From the NCBI GenBank assembly GCA_963675525.2, contig CAXXSL010000016.1:960001-1024000 (forward strand): a stretch of 64,000 bases of DNA, written 5' to 3'. The notes beneath the pieces are model-generated. The model saw only the letters and a program-made list of their open reading frames with translations, was not told where the DNA came from and ran no database searches. Made by a program: the position numbers and the translations under genes. This DNA comes from Anaerohalosphaeraceae bacterium (GTDB lineage: Bacteria; Planctomycetota; Phycisphaerae; Sedimentisphaerales; Anaerohalosphaeraceae). Below, one piece after another: positions 9,287 to 18,409 of this stretch; position 1 is the stretch's first letter; the number at the start of each line of letters is the position of its first letter.

Positions 9287-11243
9287 ACTCATCTCGAAGG
9301 ACCAATTGGACCTTGGTGGGGATGAGCAAACCTGTGGCGGTGAGGTCTTTTTCGATCTTTTCATAGGCGGATTTATTGGTGGCAACGACGATAATTTGAT
9401 CATATTTGGCCAGCAAATCCTGCCGGACATTCCGAAGGAAATCGGACTTGCCTGTCTCAATTTCAATGGCGATTTTCCGGTCATTTTTCTGGGCCACAAT
9501 GTCGATATTTCCGGAAGGACGAGGCGTCTCCAGAGAGACCTGATAGTCCTGTTCTCGGCTTCTTTGAGCATAAAATTGTTTCCAGTATTCGTGGACGATA
9601 GAACCGTGTTGGGGTTCAGTGAACAGAAGATTTAGAGCGTTTTTTGCTTGCTTGGTAAGGCGGAGGCAAGTCTTTCTAGTCCGGCCAAGATCGACGGTCT
9701 GGGATTCAATCCAACCTTGCTCTAATAATTGCTCCTTTAATCTGTTTGCTTTGCCCGTACTTAAATTCAGTCTTTTATATCTTACCTTCACCCCGCTTTG
9801 TGGGTAGGAAAGAATGTCAGATAATAGCCTGAACGAATCCTCGTTCAGAGGGCTATTAAAGAACGTTGGAAACTGCGGAACCTGCCCGAAATATGTCGAT
9901 ATAGAGTTATTCCGGCCTGAACCTGTTGTCTTTGCTCGATTGAGAGCGGAATACCTCACTAACTGAGCATCATTGACCGCACCTTTATCAAATTGAATCC
10001 AGGGTATTTCAAGCAGAAATGCACTGGTGTATTTCCCTTGGAGTTTGCAGATTGCCTGCCCGATGGGAAGCATACTGAAATATCTCTTGTCATCTGAGTC
10101 CAGCAAACAGACAGAAGCCGCCAGTGCTTGGTCGGCCGCACTGGAAAGATTCAAAAAGATATTTGTATAACAATTAGCAAGAACAACTTTTGACATCAGG
10201 CTCGGCGTCTGATCCAGAATTATATTTGAGATGCCAAGTTCCCTCGTCATACGGAGCAATTTTTCCATTAATGTTTCACTGGAACGACCCTGCTGTTTTC
10301 CAAAGGTAATGTGACCCTCATCGGTGATAATTGCCATTTCCAATTTTTCTCGGCCGGATGAACTTAATTTAACCTGAAAGATCCATTGATAGAGGATTGG
10401 AATTAAAAACGACCGGGCGGTATTACTGAGTCCATCGAGTTCGATGACCGTATTTTCATGGATTAATCCTCTTGTCATTTTCTCCTGAGAGATTGGATCT
10501 GTGGCGATATTGGAAAACTGAAGGCTCTCTAACGCCCGTAACGCGGAAATCTTCCAGCCTCGAATACGCTCTTTAGATTCGATGTTATCAATTTCACTAA
10601 TAATGTCATTAATCATGGGACATTTATTCCCCCGCTCATAACATGCTGTAATAGCTTTTTGGATAATGCTTTTCGCTCCTTCGCCTAGCGTGAATGCACT
10701 GGCCATTACATCAACGAGTTGAGATATATAGACTGAGCTTTCCAGTCCAGGTGGGGTAATAAATGGATTAAATTCAAATTTCAATAAAGAACGCCCAGCG
10801 GTATAGACATTGACTCTGTTTTTTAGAGCAAACAGAAGGTCCCTGAGATTTCTTTTCTGATCGAAGAATAAGAAATGGATTCCATAGTGATCGAGCTGCT
10901 TGATGAGGTGGTAGCAGAAATTGCTCTTGCCGGCACCGCTACGCCCATAGATCCCCATATTCTGAAGAAGTTCATTTTTAGAGATTCCGGCAGGCCATTT
11001 GGGTTTGTCATAAATGACGGTACCCAGACTGAGAGAGCCTTTACATTTGTTTTCAGGGGGCAGCGATAGCAGAATCTTTGCGTTATAATCACCCAGCATT
11101 TTGTAGGCCGTCGAAACGATCTGTTTTTCAATAAGACTTTTTAAACCATCCTCGGCCATCTCACGAACCCGCATCCAATGGTCAATCTTCGAAGGGATTA
11201 ATGGCCTAAGCTTGGCGGCTATCTTTTCAATGTTCATCGTCAA
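9249..11243 (-). CDS. HerA/VirB4-like (DUF87-type) P-loop ATPase fused to a wHTH-like region and a C-terminal PD-(D/E)XK nuclease domain
   Basis: Walker A GRSGAGKS, Walker B IITDEGH, ILDQTPS motif; C-terminal H.YWK...NIDIVA..KIAIEIETGKS. Confidence 0.8.
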   Translation of the reverse strand: MTMNIEKIAAKLRPLIPSKIDHWMRVREMAEDGLKSLIEKQIVSTAYKMLGDYNAKILLSLPPENKCKGSLSLGTVIYDKPKWPAGISKNELLQNMGIYGRSGAGKSNFCYHLIKQLDHYGIHFLFFDQKRNLRDLLFALKNRVNVYTAGRSLLKFEFNPFITPPGLESSVYISQLVDVMASAFTLGEGAKSIIQKAITACYERGNKCPMINDIISEIDNIESKERIRGWKISALRALESLQFSNIATDPISQEKMTRGLIHENTVIELDGLSNTARSFLIPILYQWIFQVKLSSSGREKLEMAIITDEGHITFGKQQGRSSETLMEKLLRMTRELGISNIILDQTPSLMSKVVLANCYTNIFLNLSSAADQALAASVCLLDSDDKRYFSMLPIGQAICKLQGKYTSAFLLEIPWIQFDKGAVNDAQLVRYSALNRAKTTGSGRNNSISTYFGQVPQFPTFFNSPLNEDSFRLLSDILSYPQSGVKVRYKRLNLSTGKANRLKEQLLEQGWIESQTVDLGRTRKTCLRLTKQAKNALNLLFTEPQHGSIVHEYWKQFYAQRSREQDYQVSLETPRPSGNIDIVAQKNDRKIAIEIETGKSDFLRNVRQDLLAKYDQIIVVATNKSAYEKIEKDLTATGLLIPTKVQLVLRDEFIFASELRTSVD

Positions 11244-11677
11244 ATGTCAAGCTGTTCATGTTTATTGATGAGCGAAAGCAGACGATCCTCAAGTGTTCTC
11301 CGTTTATCATGATATTGTGTAGTAAGCTTCCGCCGTTCTTTTTCAATATCGAAAAGCCTTTTTCGCAGTTCCTGCTCTTCCGGGAAATGGGAACTCGTAT
11401 ACCATGGTATACTCAGTTGATAACTTTTGATCGCTGTATTGATATCGCACTCCTGCCTCAATAGACGCCGCATCTGATCCTTGGTGAGAAACTTGATTTG
11501 TTCCAACTGTTCCGCTGTCAGTACGATTTCCCGACGCAGGATTGAGGCAATATTGGTATCCCATTTATAGGCACTGCTTTCTGCGGCCAATTCATTGGCT
11601 CTGTCTTCTAGGGATTTTCCAAATCGGCGCCTCATTTTCATATATTCTAAGTGAATCGTACTTAAAAAGATTTCCAC
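11240..11677 (-). CDS. Hypothetical coiled-coil protein
   Basis: 145 aa, charged and helical; overlaps both neighbours, suggesting an operon. Confidence 0.7.
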   Translation of the reverse strand: MEIFLSTIHLEYMKMRRRFGKSLEDRANELAAESSAYKWDTNIASILRREIVLTAEQLEQIKFLTKDQMRRLLRQECDINTAIKSYQLSIPWYTSSHFPEEQELRKRLFDIEKERRKLTTQYHDKRRTLEDRLLSLINKHEQLDI

Positions 11678-12306
11678 TGTATTGCTCCTGGACCTGCTTC
11701 GGCACTGAGCAAAAGATCCCGTATTTTAATTCCTGTCTCCGTCAGTTCATATCGTAGGTGTACTCTTTTCCTGACTTTTACGGGGCGAACGATACCTTTA
11801 GCTAAAAAGAGTCGGATAATATCTCGGATATTATTAGCACTGATTCGAATATCTATTTTTTGCATCCGAAAAAGCTGCTTGATTTCTGATGGCTGCATAG
11901 GATGCGTAAGAGCTTTGAGGATTGCAGACCGATGGCTGGAACATGCCCATCCATAAAGGGACCAATCCATGTTTGACAAAATAGGTCTATTGTAAGTACG
12001 ATTCTGACTGGTATACATCGCCTGAACACACTGATGTCCGGTTTCGGTAAGCCAAAAAATCCTATTGTTCCTCGCACACGAGTTAAGGCAGACCAGCACC
12101 CCAGAATTCTCGAGCATTGCGATAACAGAGCTACAGGTATGCGCCGGTATACCTGTTTTTTTGCTGATCTGCCTGGATATCAATGGCTGAGAAAAAGCCA
12201 GAAGAACTTTTTTACGTTCATTCTTTGCCATCAGCCATTGGTATACTCGTGTGTTCAACATATTTACCCCGTGAAAGAGAACCACTCCAGAGGAGTAGTG
12301 TTTCAC
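11662..12306 (-). CDS. Tandem winged-helix DNA-binding protein
   Basis: Two repeats of R..VL.A...P....I.....L...G.....(F/Y).LTETG; alternative ATG near 12261. Confidence 0.7.
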   Translation of the reverse strand: MKHYSSGVVLFHGVNMLNTRVYQWLMAKNERKKVLLAFSQPLISRQISKKTGIPAHTCSSVIAMLENSGVLVCLNSCARNNRIFWLTETGHQCVQAMYTSQNRTYNRPILSNMDWSLYGWACSSHRSAILKALTHPMQPSEIKQLFRMQKIDIRISANNIRDIIRLFLAKGIVRPVKVRKRVHLRYELTETGIKIRDLLLSAEAGPGAIQWKSF

Positions 12307-12329
12307 TTTATAATGACAATAAAACAGGG

Positions 12330-12344
12330 TTTATAAACCTTTCG
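12330..12344 (-). promoter_or_regulatory. Archaeal-type BRE-TATA promoter candidate
   Basis: Minus strand reads CGAAAGGTTTATAAA, about 24 nt upstream of the wHTH operon start. Confidence 0.6.
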
Positions 12345-12418
12345 GTCGAGATAAATGTGGGTAATATTGATTGTTAAATCAGTTCAAAATATTTTAAGGC
12401 ATAATTCCACCGTGATCT

Positions 12419-12622
12419 ATGGAAGCTAAAAAAATGACCTGCAGCAATTGCCGTCGTAAACTCGATGTTGGCATGGAAGTCCTCAGGGTAGAGCAAGGCG
12501 TCATCGGTACGAGATCCAATTTCGTTAATCTCGACGACGAGAAGCTATTCTGTTGCGAGAAGTGCCTTCGAGACTATTACGACTTGGGAGATCTGCCAAG
12601 CATTCCTCGGAGAATACCGTAG
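12419..12622 (+). CDS. Small zinc-finger protein (TRASH/MYM-like)
   Basis: CSNC...LFCCEKCL; followed by an oligo-T tract. Confidence 0.65.
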   Translation: MEAKKMTCSNCRRKLDVGMEVLRVEQGVIGTRSNFVNLDDEKLFCCEKCLRDYYDLGDLPSIPRRIP

Positions 12623-12728
12623 AATTTACAGTATATGGCATGATATAAAAACAATCCTTTTTTTCTTTTTTATAAGCAGGTATTGTGACATGTATTTTAA
12701 GTCAACGATTGGTGAAGGGTGAAGCAGA

Positions 12729-14002
12729 TTAAGAGAATAATTTAGATATTTTTTCCGCATCACAGTGCGTTAACGACTTGGCAACATTCGGGTTTTTCTT
12801 TAAAATATCAAGCAATTGTACAATCTTCGTTGCATAATAATGATCTTTTTCAATTAATATCTGAATTTGTTCATTTTGCTTATTGATCTTATTTTTTAAA
12901 TATCTTCCATTTAATCTATGTTCTTCAAGTTCATTCTTTAGATCTTCAAGATTGTTATTGTAGTGAACTTTTTTTGCTCTCTTACGGTTTACCGCTAGGT
13001 AGTTAATATATGAATCCAGCCATTTTACTCTGTGGAGAATGTCCAAGCCGCAAATTTATGTCTTCCACATGCCAGCCTTGCTGAAATAAATGGCAGGCCA
13101 TACCACTTCTTAAATCTTTCCAAGAAGGATTATCATTATGCGGTTCACACTTTACACCCGACCGCTTAACAACGCTATCAAATATCTGCAGAGCCTGTCT
13201 GTATTTGAATGTAAAAACAAAATCATCCTCTTTGAATGGGACGGCTTTTCTTCTAATTTTTCCTTTTTCATCTCGATATTCTATTTCTCTGCCGTATTCT
13301 AATAACGCATCTATATACTCAACGGTCTCAGGGTATATTGTTGGCTCACTCCGGGTCTGTCTGCTTCTTTTGAGATTCTCTTTCGGCAAATAGATCAGAT
13401 ACTCCGTTTCTCTTGTGTCCCTATTATTCTGTCTTTTCAAATGGCATACTTTTAATTCTAAAAGCGATGATATATTTTCGCCAACATCCCATGCCAGCCA
13501 GAACAAGACATAGTGCTGCGGTTTTTGCAAAAATTTTGTCATTTTTTTAAAAGAAGCTTCACTGATAAATCTGACAGGCTTCTTTCTTCGATGAGTAAGA
13601 AATTCCAAGGCATCTTTCACTTTGTCATGCAAACCTGCAAGCTCGAATGGTTTAGCCTTGAATATTTTGTTATAATAACTTCTTCTATCTTCGAACCGTT
13701 TGCCAAAGCGGTTTTTAATTATACCATCTTCCAAGTCATTGTAGACCTGTTTGATTTCATCACCGGTTAATTCATTCCAGGGCTTATTCCGAAACCACTT
13801 GTTTACATTATTTAGCATGTTAATATAGCCATAGAGAGTCTTGTAGGACGATTCGTTCCAATTCTGATAGTCCATTTATTCTTTTCAGTTTTCTTTCTTC
13901 CCAGTCAAAAAATTTACAAAATAAGTTGCGATTATATTCATTGATGCAACTGTTATTCAAAAGTCTGTTCTTACCATTTATATAGTTTGTCTTGAAAGCC
14001 AT
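12729..14002 (-). CDS. Tyrosine recombinase/integrase with coiled-coil tail, split by two frameshifts (~13860 and ~13025)
   Basis: ORFs 13820..14038, 13003..13875 and 12729..13046 join as MAFKTNY...GLSEL|ESSYKTLY...KDLRSG...RLGHSPQSK|WLDSYINY; box II and catalytic Tyr are visible. Confidence 0.8.
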
Positions 14003-14058
14003 ATTTTTTAATGAAATTAAGCATTTATAAAAACTCAACTGTATCAGGTTATTTTACA

Positions 14059-14128
14059 CCCTAAAAAGTGCAGAAAATTACTCAACGCCCCAACCGAGAG
14101 ATGAGTAGTTTCCTGCATTTACACAGGG
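14059..14128. other. Long stem-loop upstream of the integrase
   Basis: TGCAGAAAATTACTCA (14069-14084) pairs with TGAGTAGTTTCCTGCA (14102-14117); outer CCCT/AGGG. Confidence 0.7.
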
Positions 14129-14266
14129 AGTTTATGACGTTAGCTTAAGTGATATTTTTCTTGATTGAATATTTAAGTCAACCAGCATTTATATATTTTT
14201 CGCTAATTGGCATAACCAATAGCATTTCAGTTTAATTTTTATAAATATGGCAAGCATCTATCTTTA

Positions 14267-14386
14267 ATGGAAACGAAAGTGTATGATGTTGAAAAGATTA
14301 CCATGGACGAGGCTTGGGAACTCCTGAAAAGCTATTTTGAAAATATGGGTAATTCTGATTCCGAATTGAATCAAATAATGTTTTAA
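14267..14386 (+). CDS. Putative 39 aa leaderless small protein
   Basis: METKVYDVEKITMDEAWELLKSYFEN...; TTTATAAA at 14238-14245 lies about 22 nt upstream. Confidence 0.4.
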   Translation: METKVYDVEKITMDEAWELLKSYFENMGNSDSELNQIMF

Positions 14387-14594
14387 TTAAATTCCACAAA
14401 TTGTCGTATGTCGAGAAAGTGTTAACGGCTTCAACCTAATTGCCTGCTCGGTTTGATCAACGGTTATTAAAGCCGATGACGTTCAGATTTTTGTTTTGTG
14501 TAAACACTTGGAATACATTTAGTTAAGACATAATCATTTCTGGATGTTTTAACTCGTGACTCCATAATGCCACTATTTCAGCGATTTTTCTGCC

Positions 14595-14625
14595 TTGATT
14601 CGCCCCCCTATATTTACGATATAAT
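14595..14625 (+). promoter_or_regulatory. Sigma70-type promoter for the integrase, predicting a leaderless mRNA
   Basis: TTGATT-N19-TATAAT; ATG begins 7 nt after the -10 box. Confidence 0.55.
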
Positions 14626-14631
14626 CATTGT

Positions 14632-17618
14632 ATGCGAAAGGTTTGGCGAACCAGGCTCTGAGCCATTGTTGTAAAGGAGAATAGATAATGGGACCATAAA
14701 TTAACTAAGAAGCCTTTCCGGGTAAGACTGATCCAATCGCCCGGAACCGATGCATGTCATCGGGAGTTCGACGAGGTGAAGAGTGTGTGCTCTGAATCTG
14801 ACCCATAGCCCCGAGAATCTCTGAAGTTTGGGAATCTGCCGACTGTTTCAAACTGCATGCAGGCCATGGTCAAGGGACGTTAAAGGACAGTGTCTTGACA
14901 GACCCCGGGGTCCTAGACAGCATCGAGTCGAACAACGACAGTGGAGCAATCCTGGCATGTTACGAAGTTCCTATAAGAGATGGGTATGAATGTACAACGT
15001 AAAAGAAGGCATTCAAACGGCTTCGTGACAGTGGGACGGGAACTGGTTTAGCGAAGAAGCGACTAATCCTCGTGGAGTGAAAGTTCCCGCGTTTAAACGC
15101 TCGTGAATGGAGAAACACAGTCCTTATCCAATGAAGGAACAAACTGTGAGCACTGACCTGACACGAATACGAGACAAAGCGCAGCAACAGACCAAACTGT
15201 TGTTTACATCCCTGTATCACCATATAACGGATGTGGACAATCTGCGTGAATGCTACAAGTTATTGGACGGCAGCAAAGCAACCGGTATAGACTTTGTAAG
15301 CAAAATTGAATATTCCAAGAATTTAGAAAGAAATCTTCGAGAACTGTCAAGCCGAATGAAACATATGGGCTATCGACCCCAACCCAAGAAGCGAGTTTAT
15401 ATTCCCAAACCGGGCAGTGACAAAGGACGTCCATTGGGTATAAGCAGCTTCGAAGACAAGATAGTCGAACTGTCTGTAAAACGTGTAATTGAACCTCTGT
15501 TTGAAACACTGTTTGAAGATTGCAGTTACGGTTATCGACCGGGACGAAACCCGCATCAGTGCATTGATGCACTTGGCCGTACAATCCAACAGCAGAGAGT
15601 GAATTATGTTGTAGAAGCTGATATACGTGGTTTCTTCGATAACGTAAATCATGAATGGTTGATAAAATTCCTGAAACAACGCATCGGCGACCCCAGAGTT
15701 CTCCGACTTGTGATAAGGATGCTCAAGGCAGGAATAATGGAAAACGGTCTAAGGCAACAGGGGCAAAAGTAGGGACTCCGCAGGGTTCAATACTTTCACC
15801 ACTGTTGTCAAATATATATCTGCATTATGTGCTGGATTTATGGTTTAAGAGGCGCATACGACAGAAGTGTAGAGGTCAGGCATTCCTATTTAGGTTTGCT
15901 GATGATTTTCTGGCATGCTTCCAATATTCGGAAGATGCGGAAAATTTTCATGTAAGCCTCAACGACCGACTTGAAGGATTCAATCTCACACTGGCTGAAG
16001 AGAAAACACGACGAATTGCGTTTGGCAAATATGCCCGTGAGAATGCAAATCGCAATGGAGGTAAACCACGAGAGTTTGACTTCCTTGGTTTTACCTTTTA
16101 TTGTGGCAAGACTCGAAACGGACATTTTAAAGTAAAACGAGAAAACATCGCGAAAGAAACTCAGCCAGTCGGTATTCAAACTTGCAGAATGGTTACGGTG
16201 GTATAGAAACAAGAGGCCGACCAGAGAACTTGTGCGTGGAGCTAAAACAAGGATTACTGGGCATTTAAACTACTATGCGATCACAGACAATTGGAAACAC
16301 TGTAGTTTGTATATGTATCTAACAACGCGGATTCTATTTAAATGGCTTAACAGGCGAAGCCAACGCAAGTCATATGACTGGGACGGTTTCAATCAAATGT
16401 TGGGGCAAGTAGGATGGCCACGTGTAAGGATATATATAGACCTGAATCCATTTAGCCAAACTCCGAATGTTTAAGCGAAGAGCCGGATGTGGGAAAGCTG
16501 CTTGTCCGGTTCCGTGAGGGACTGAGGAACAACTGGTGTATGGCGAAAATATTGTGGCACCATCGGGAAACCAGATGGCAAACGGAGAAAACAAATGTTC
16601 GCCTGTAGCCCGGGAGTCCTCAGTCTACTCGACGATCTACAAGCGGAAGAATATTAATGGCTGGTGGTGCGGTTGGTATGAAGATGGCAGGCGTAAATCA
16701 AAGGCTTTGCCATCTAAGGAACTGGCTGAACATTACAAGCAAATCAAATATGCCCAATTAAACTCGGATGTTTTTACGGGCATTGTTACTGTCGATTGGC
16801 AGCAAATGGTTGATGAGTATCGTGAGGCGAAGAAAGTTCAAGGGGTCACAGAAGGCACACTTTATGAACATTCCCTTTCGCTTCGAAATTTTGAGCGTAT
16901 TGTTGGAAAATACAACTCAAAACAGCTCACACAGAATATCACCGACAAATTCATTCTTGAAAGAAGCAATGAAGTAAAGCGAGCCACTCTCAATAAGGAT
17001 ATCAGAAATATTAAAACATTTGTAATCTGGTGCAGAGAACAAAGATACCTGAATAGAAATCTCAAGCTTAAGGAATTGAAAGTAGAAGAACGCCCGGTTA
17101 AGTCGCTGAATGATTCCCAGATCAAAAAATTACTGTCAACAACATCCTCGTATCCGACAATAAAGATGCGTGTATTGTTGGCTTTGGCTACAGGTCTGAG
17201 ACGCGGTGATATTGACTCATTGAAAATCAGTCATATTGATTTTGAGAAGAACTGCATCGCCACCACAAGCAAGAAGACCAAAAAATGCATGGCTTCACGA
17301 CCTGTTTCAGCAGAAATCATGTCTGAGCTTTCAAAATATGTTTGCCGCCTAGATGTAGGCCAGGAGAAATTGTTTCGCGCAAAATTCAACCATCGAAAAT
17401 GGCATAAAATTTGTAAAGAGGCTGGATTAGCTGATTTGAAATTTCATGATCTCCGTAAAACATTCTGCTCGTTGCTGGCACAAAATGGAGTTTCGACTGC
17501 TGTAACTCAAAGATTGTTAGAACATTCATCATCATATTTGACAAACAAAATTTATACGAATGTTGACCCTGTATTGAGAAGTGCAGTGGAACGACTACCT
17601 GTCGCCGACTGGTTTTGA
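14632..17618 (+). CDS. Tyrosine integrase interrupted by a group II intron: join(14632..14645,16634..17618), 332 aa
   Basis: ATGCGAAAGGTTTG|GATCTACAAG gives MRKVWIYKRKNINGWW, in frame with ORF 16536..17618. Catalytic motifs TGLRRGD, FHDLRK, LLEHSS, IY. Confidence 0.85.
14646..16633 (+). mobile_element. Group II intron (class E/F-like, no endonuclease domain)
   Basis: Domain V GAGCCGGATGTGGGAAAGCTGCTTGTCCGGTTC (16480-16512); long domain VI ending CTACTCGAC; candidate EBS1 CAAACT (14849-14854) pairs with IBS1 GGTTTG; encodes an RT. Confidence 0.9.
15107..16474 (+). CDS. ltrA: Group II intron reverse transcriptase/maturase, two frameshifts (~15760 and ~16140)
   Basis: RVYIPK..GRPLGI, SYGYRPGR, EADIRGFFD, GTPQGSILSPLLSNIYL, RFADD, FDFLGF and maturase NYY...WLNRRSQR, spread over three ORFs. 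Confidence 0.9.
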
Positions 17619-17844
17619 TTAAAACAACGGATTTCAAGAGTGTTCCCCTAATACAATAAGTTGACTTATAATCAAGTCCTTATTTTATTATGTCACGCCG
17701 CAATAAAAAGACATAGAGCATAGAATATAGAGTGAATTTGCTTACCTTCTTAGCCGACATATATAAATAAAGTCTTTTAAGCAAAAATTTTGCATCAATT
17801 TACTTATGCAAAGGACTATTAAAATAAATACGGGCTTAATTGAT

Positions 17845-18405
17845 ATGACACGAAAAGAAGACAAAAAAAATCTTTATAGTTACCAAACGGAACGTGGTGA
17901 ACGATTTATGAGTCTATATACTGCCGTTCAGCGCCGCCTATATCATTATGTCATTTCTCTCGTTCCTGATGAAAATGCGGTGGATGATATTATTCAGGAA
18001 ACCGTGTCTTTTATGTGGAAAAAGTTTGATGAATTTGAGCCGGGAACTGATTTTGTTGCCTGGGCTTTTTGCATTGCTAAATACCGAATATTCGATCATA
18101 TCAAACAGCAAAAGAAAAAGAAAAGATCATTTAGCCCGCAAACAATTCATACACTTCAAGAAGTGATTGAAGCCAGGTCAGATGCAGATGAGGACCACAG
18201 GATGGAGGCGCTTCGTAATTGCCTGAAAAAACTCTCAAGACAGGACCGGCAGTTACTGGTTATGCGGTATGAAGTTGATGCAACGTTAAAAAGTATATCA
18301 CAGCGCATCGAACAAAGTATCAATACGATTTATAACCGCCTTTATCGAATACGCATTGCTTTGATGAATTGTGTAAAAAAAACAATCAATCAGGATACCT
18401 TTTAA
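17845..18405 (+). CDS. ECF RNA polymerase sigma factor (planctomycete/verrucomicrobial type)
   Basis: DDIIQET..MWKKFDEFEPGTDFVAWAFCIA; region 4 CLKKL..DRQLL.MRY...YNRLYRIR. Confidence 0.9.
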   Translation: MTRKEDKKNLYSYQTERGERFMSLYTAVQRRLYHYVISLVPDENAVDDIIQETVSFMWKKFDEFEPGTDFVAWAFCIAKYRIFDHIKQQKKKKRSFSPQTIHTLQEVIEARSDADEDHRMEALRNCLKKLSRQDRQLLVMRYEVDATLKSISQRIEQSINTIYNRLYRIRIALMNCVKKTINQDTF

Positions 18406-18409
18406 AGTT

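Larger units (their letters stand above)
3780..14400. mobile_element. Putative integrative (possibly conjugative) element with archaeal-type expression signals; boundaries approximate
   Basis: Tyrosine integrase at the right end, HerA/VirB4-type ATPase, PD-(D/E)XK nucleases, DUF2958 and small co-oriented hypothetical genes, repeated hairpins and BRE-TATA motifs. No att repeat identified. Confidence 0.6.

Noticed and set aside
16536..16633. N-terminal 33 aa of ORF 16536..17618 as the true integrase start
   Set aside because: Lies in intron domain VI; the spliced start at 14632 is better supported.
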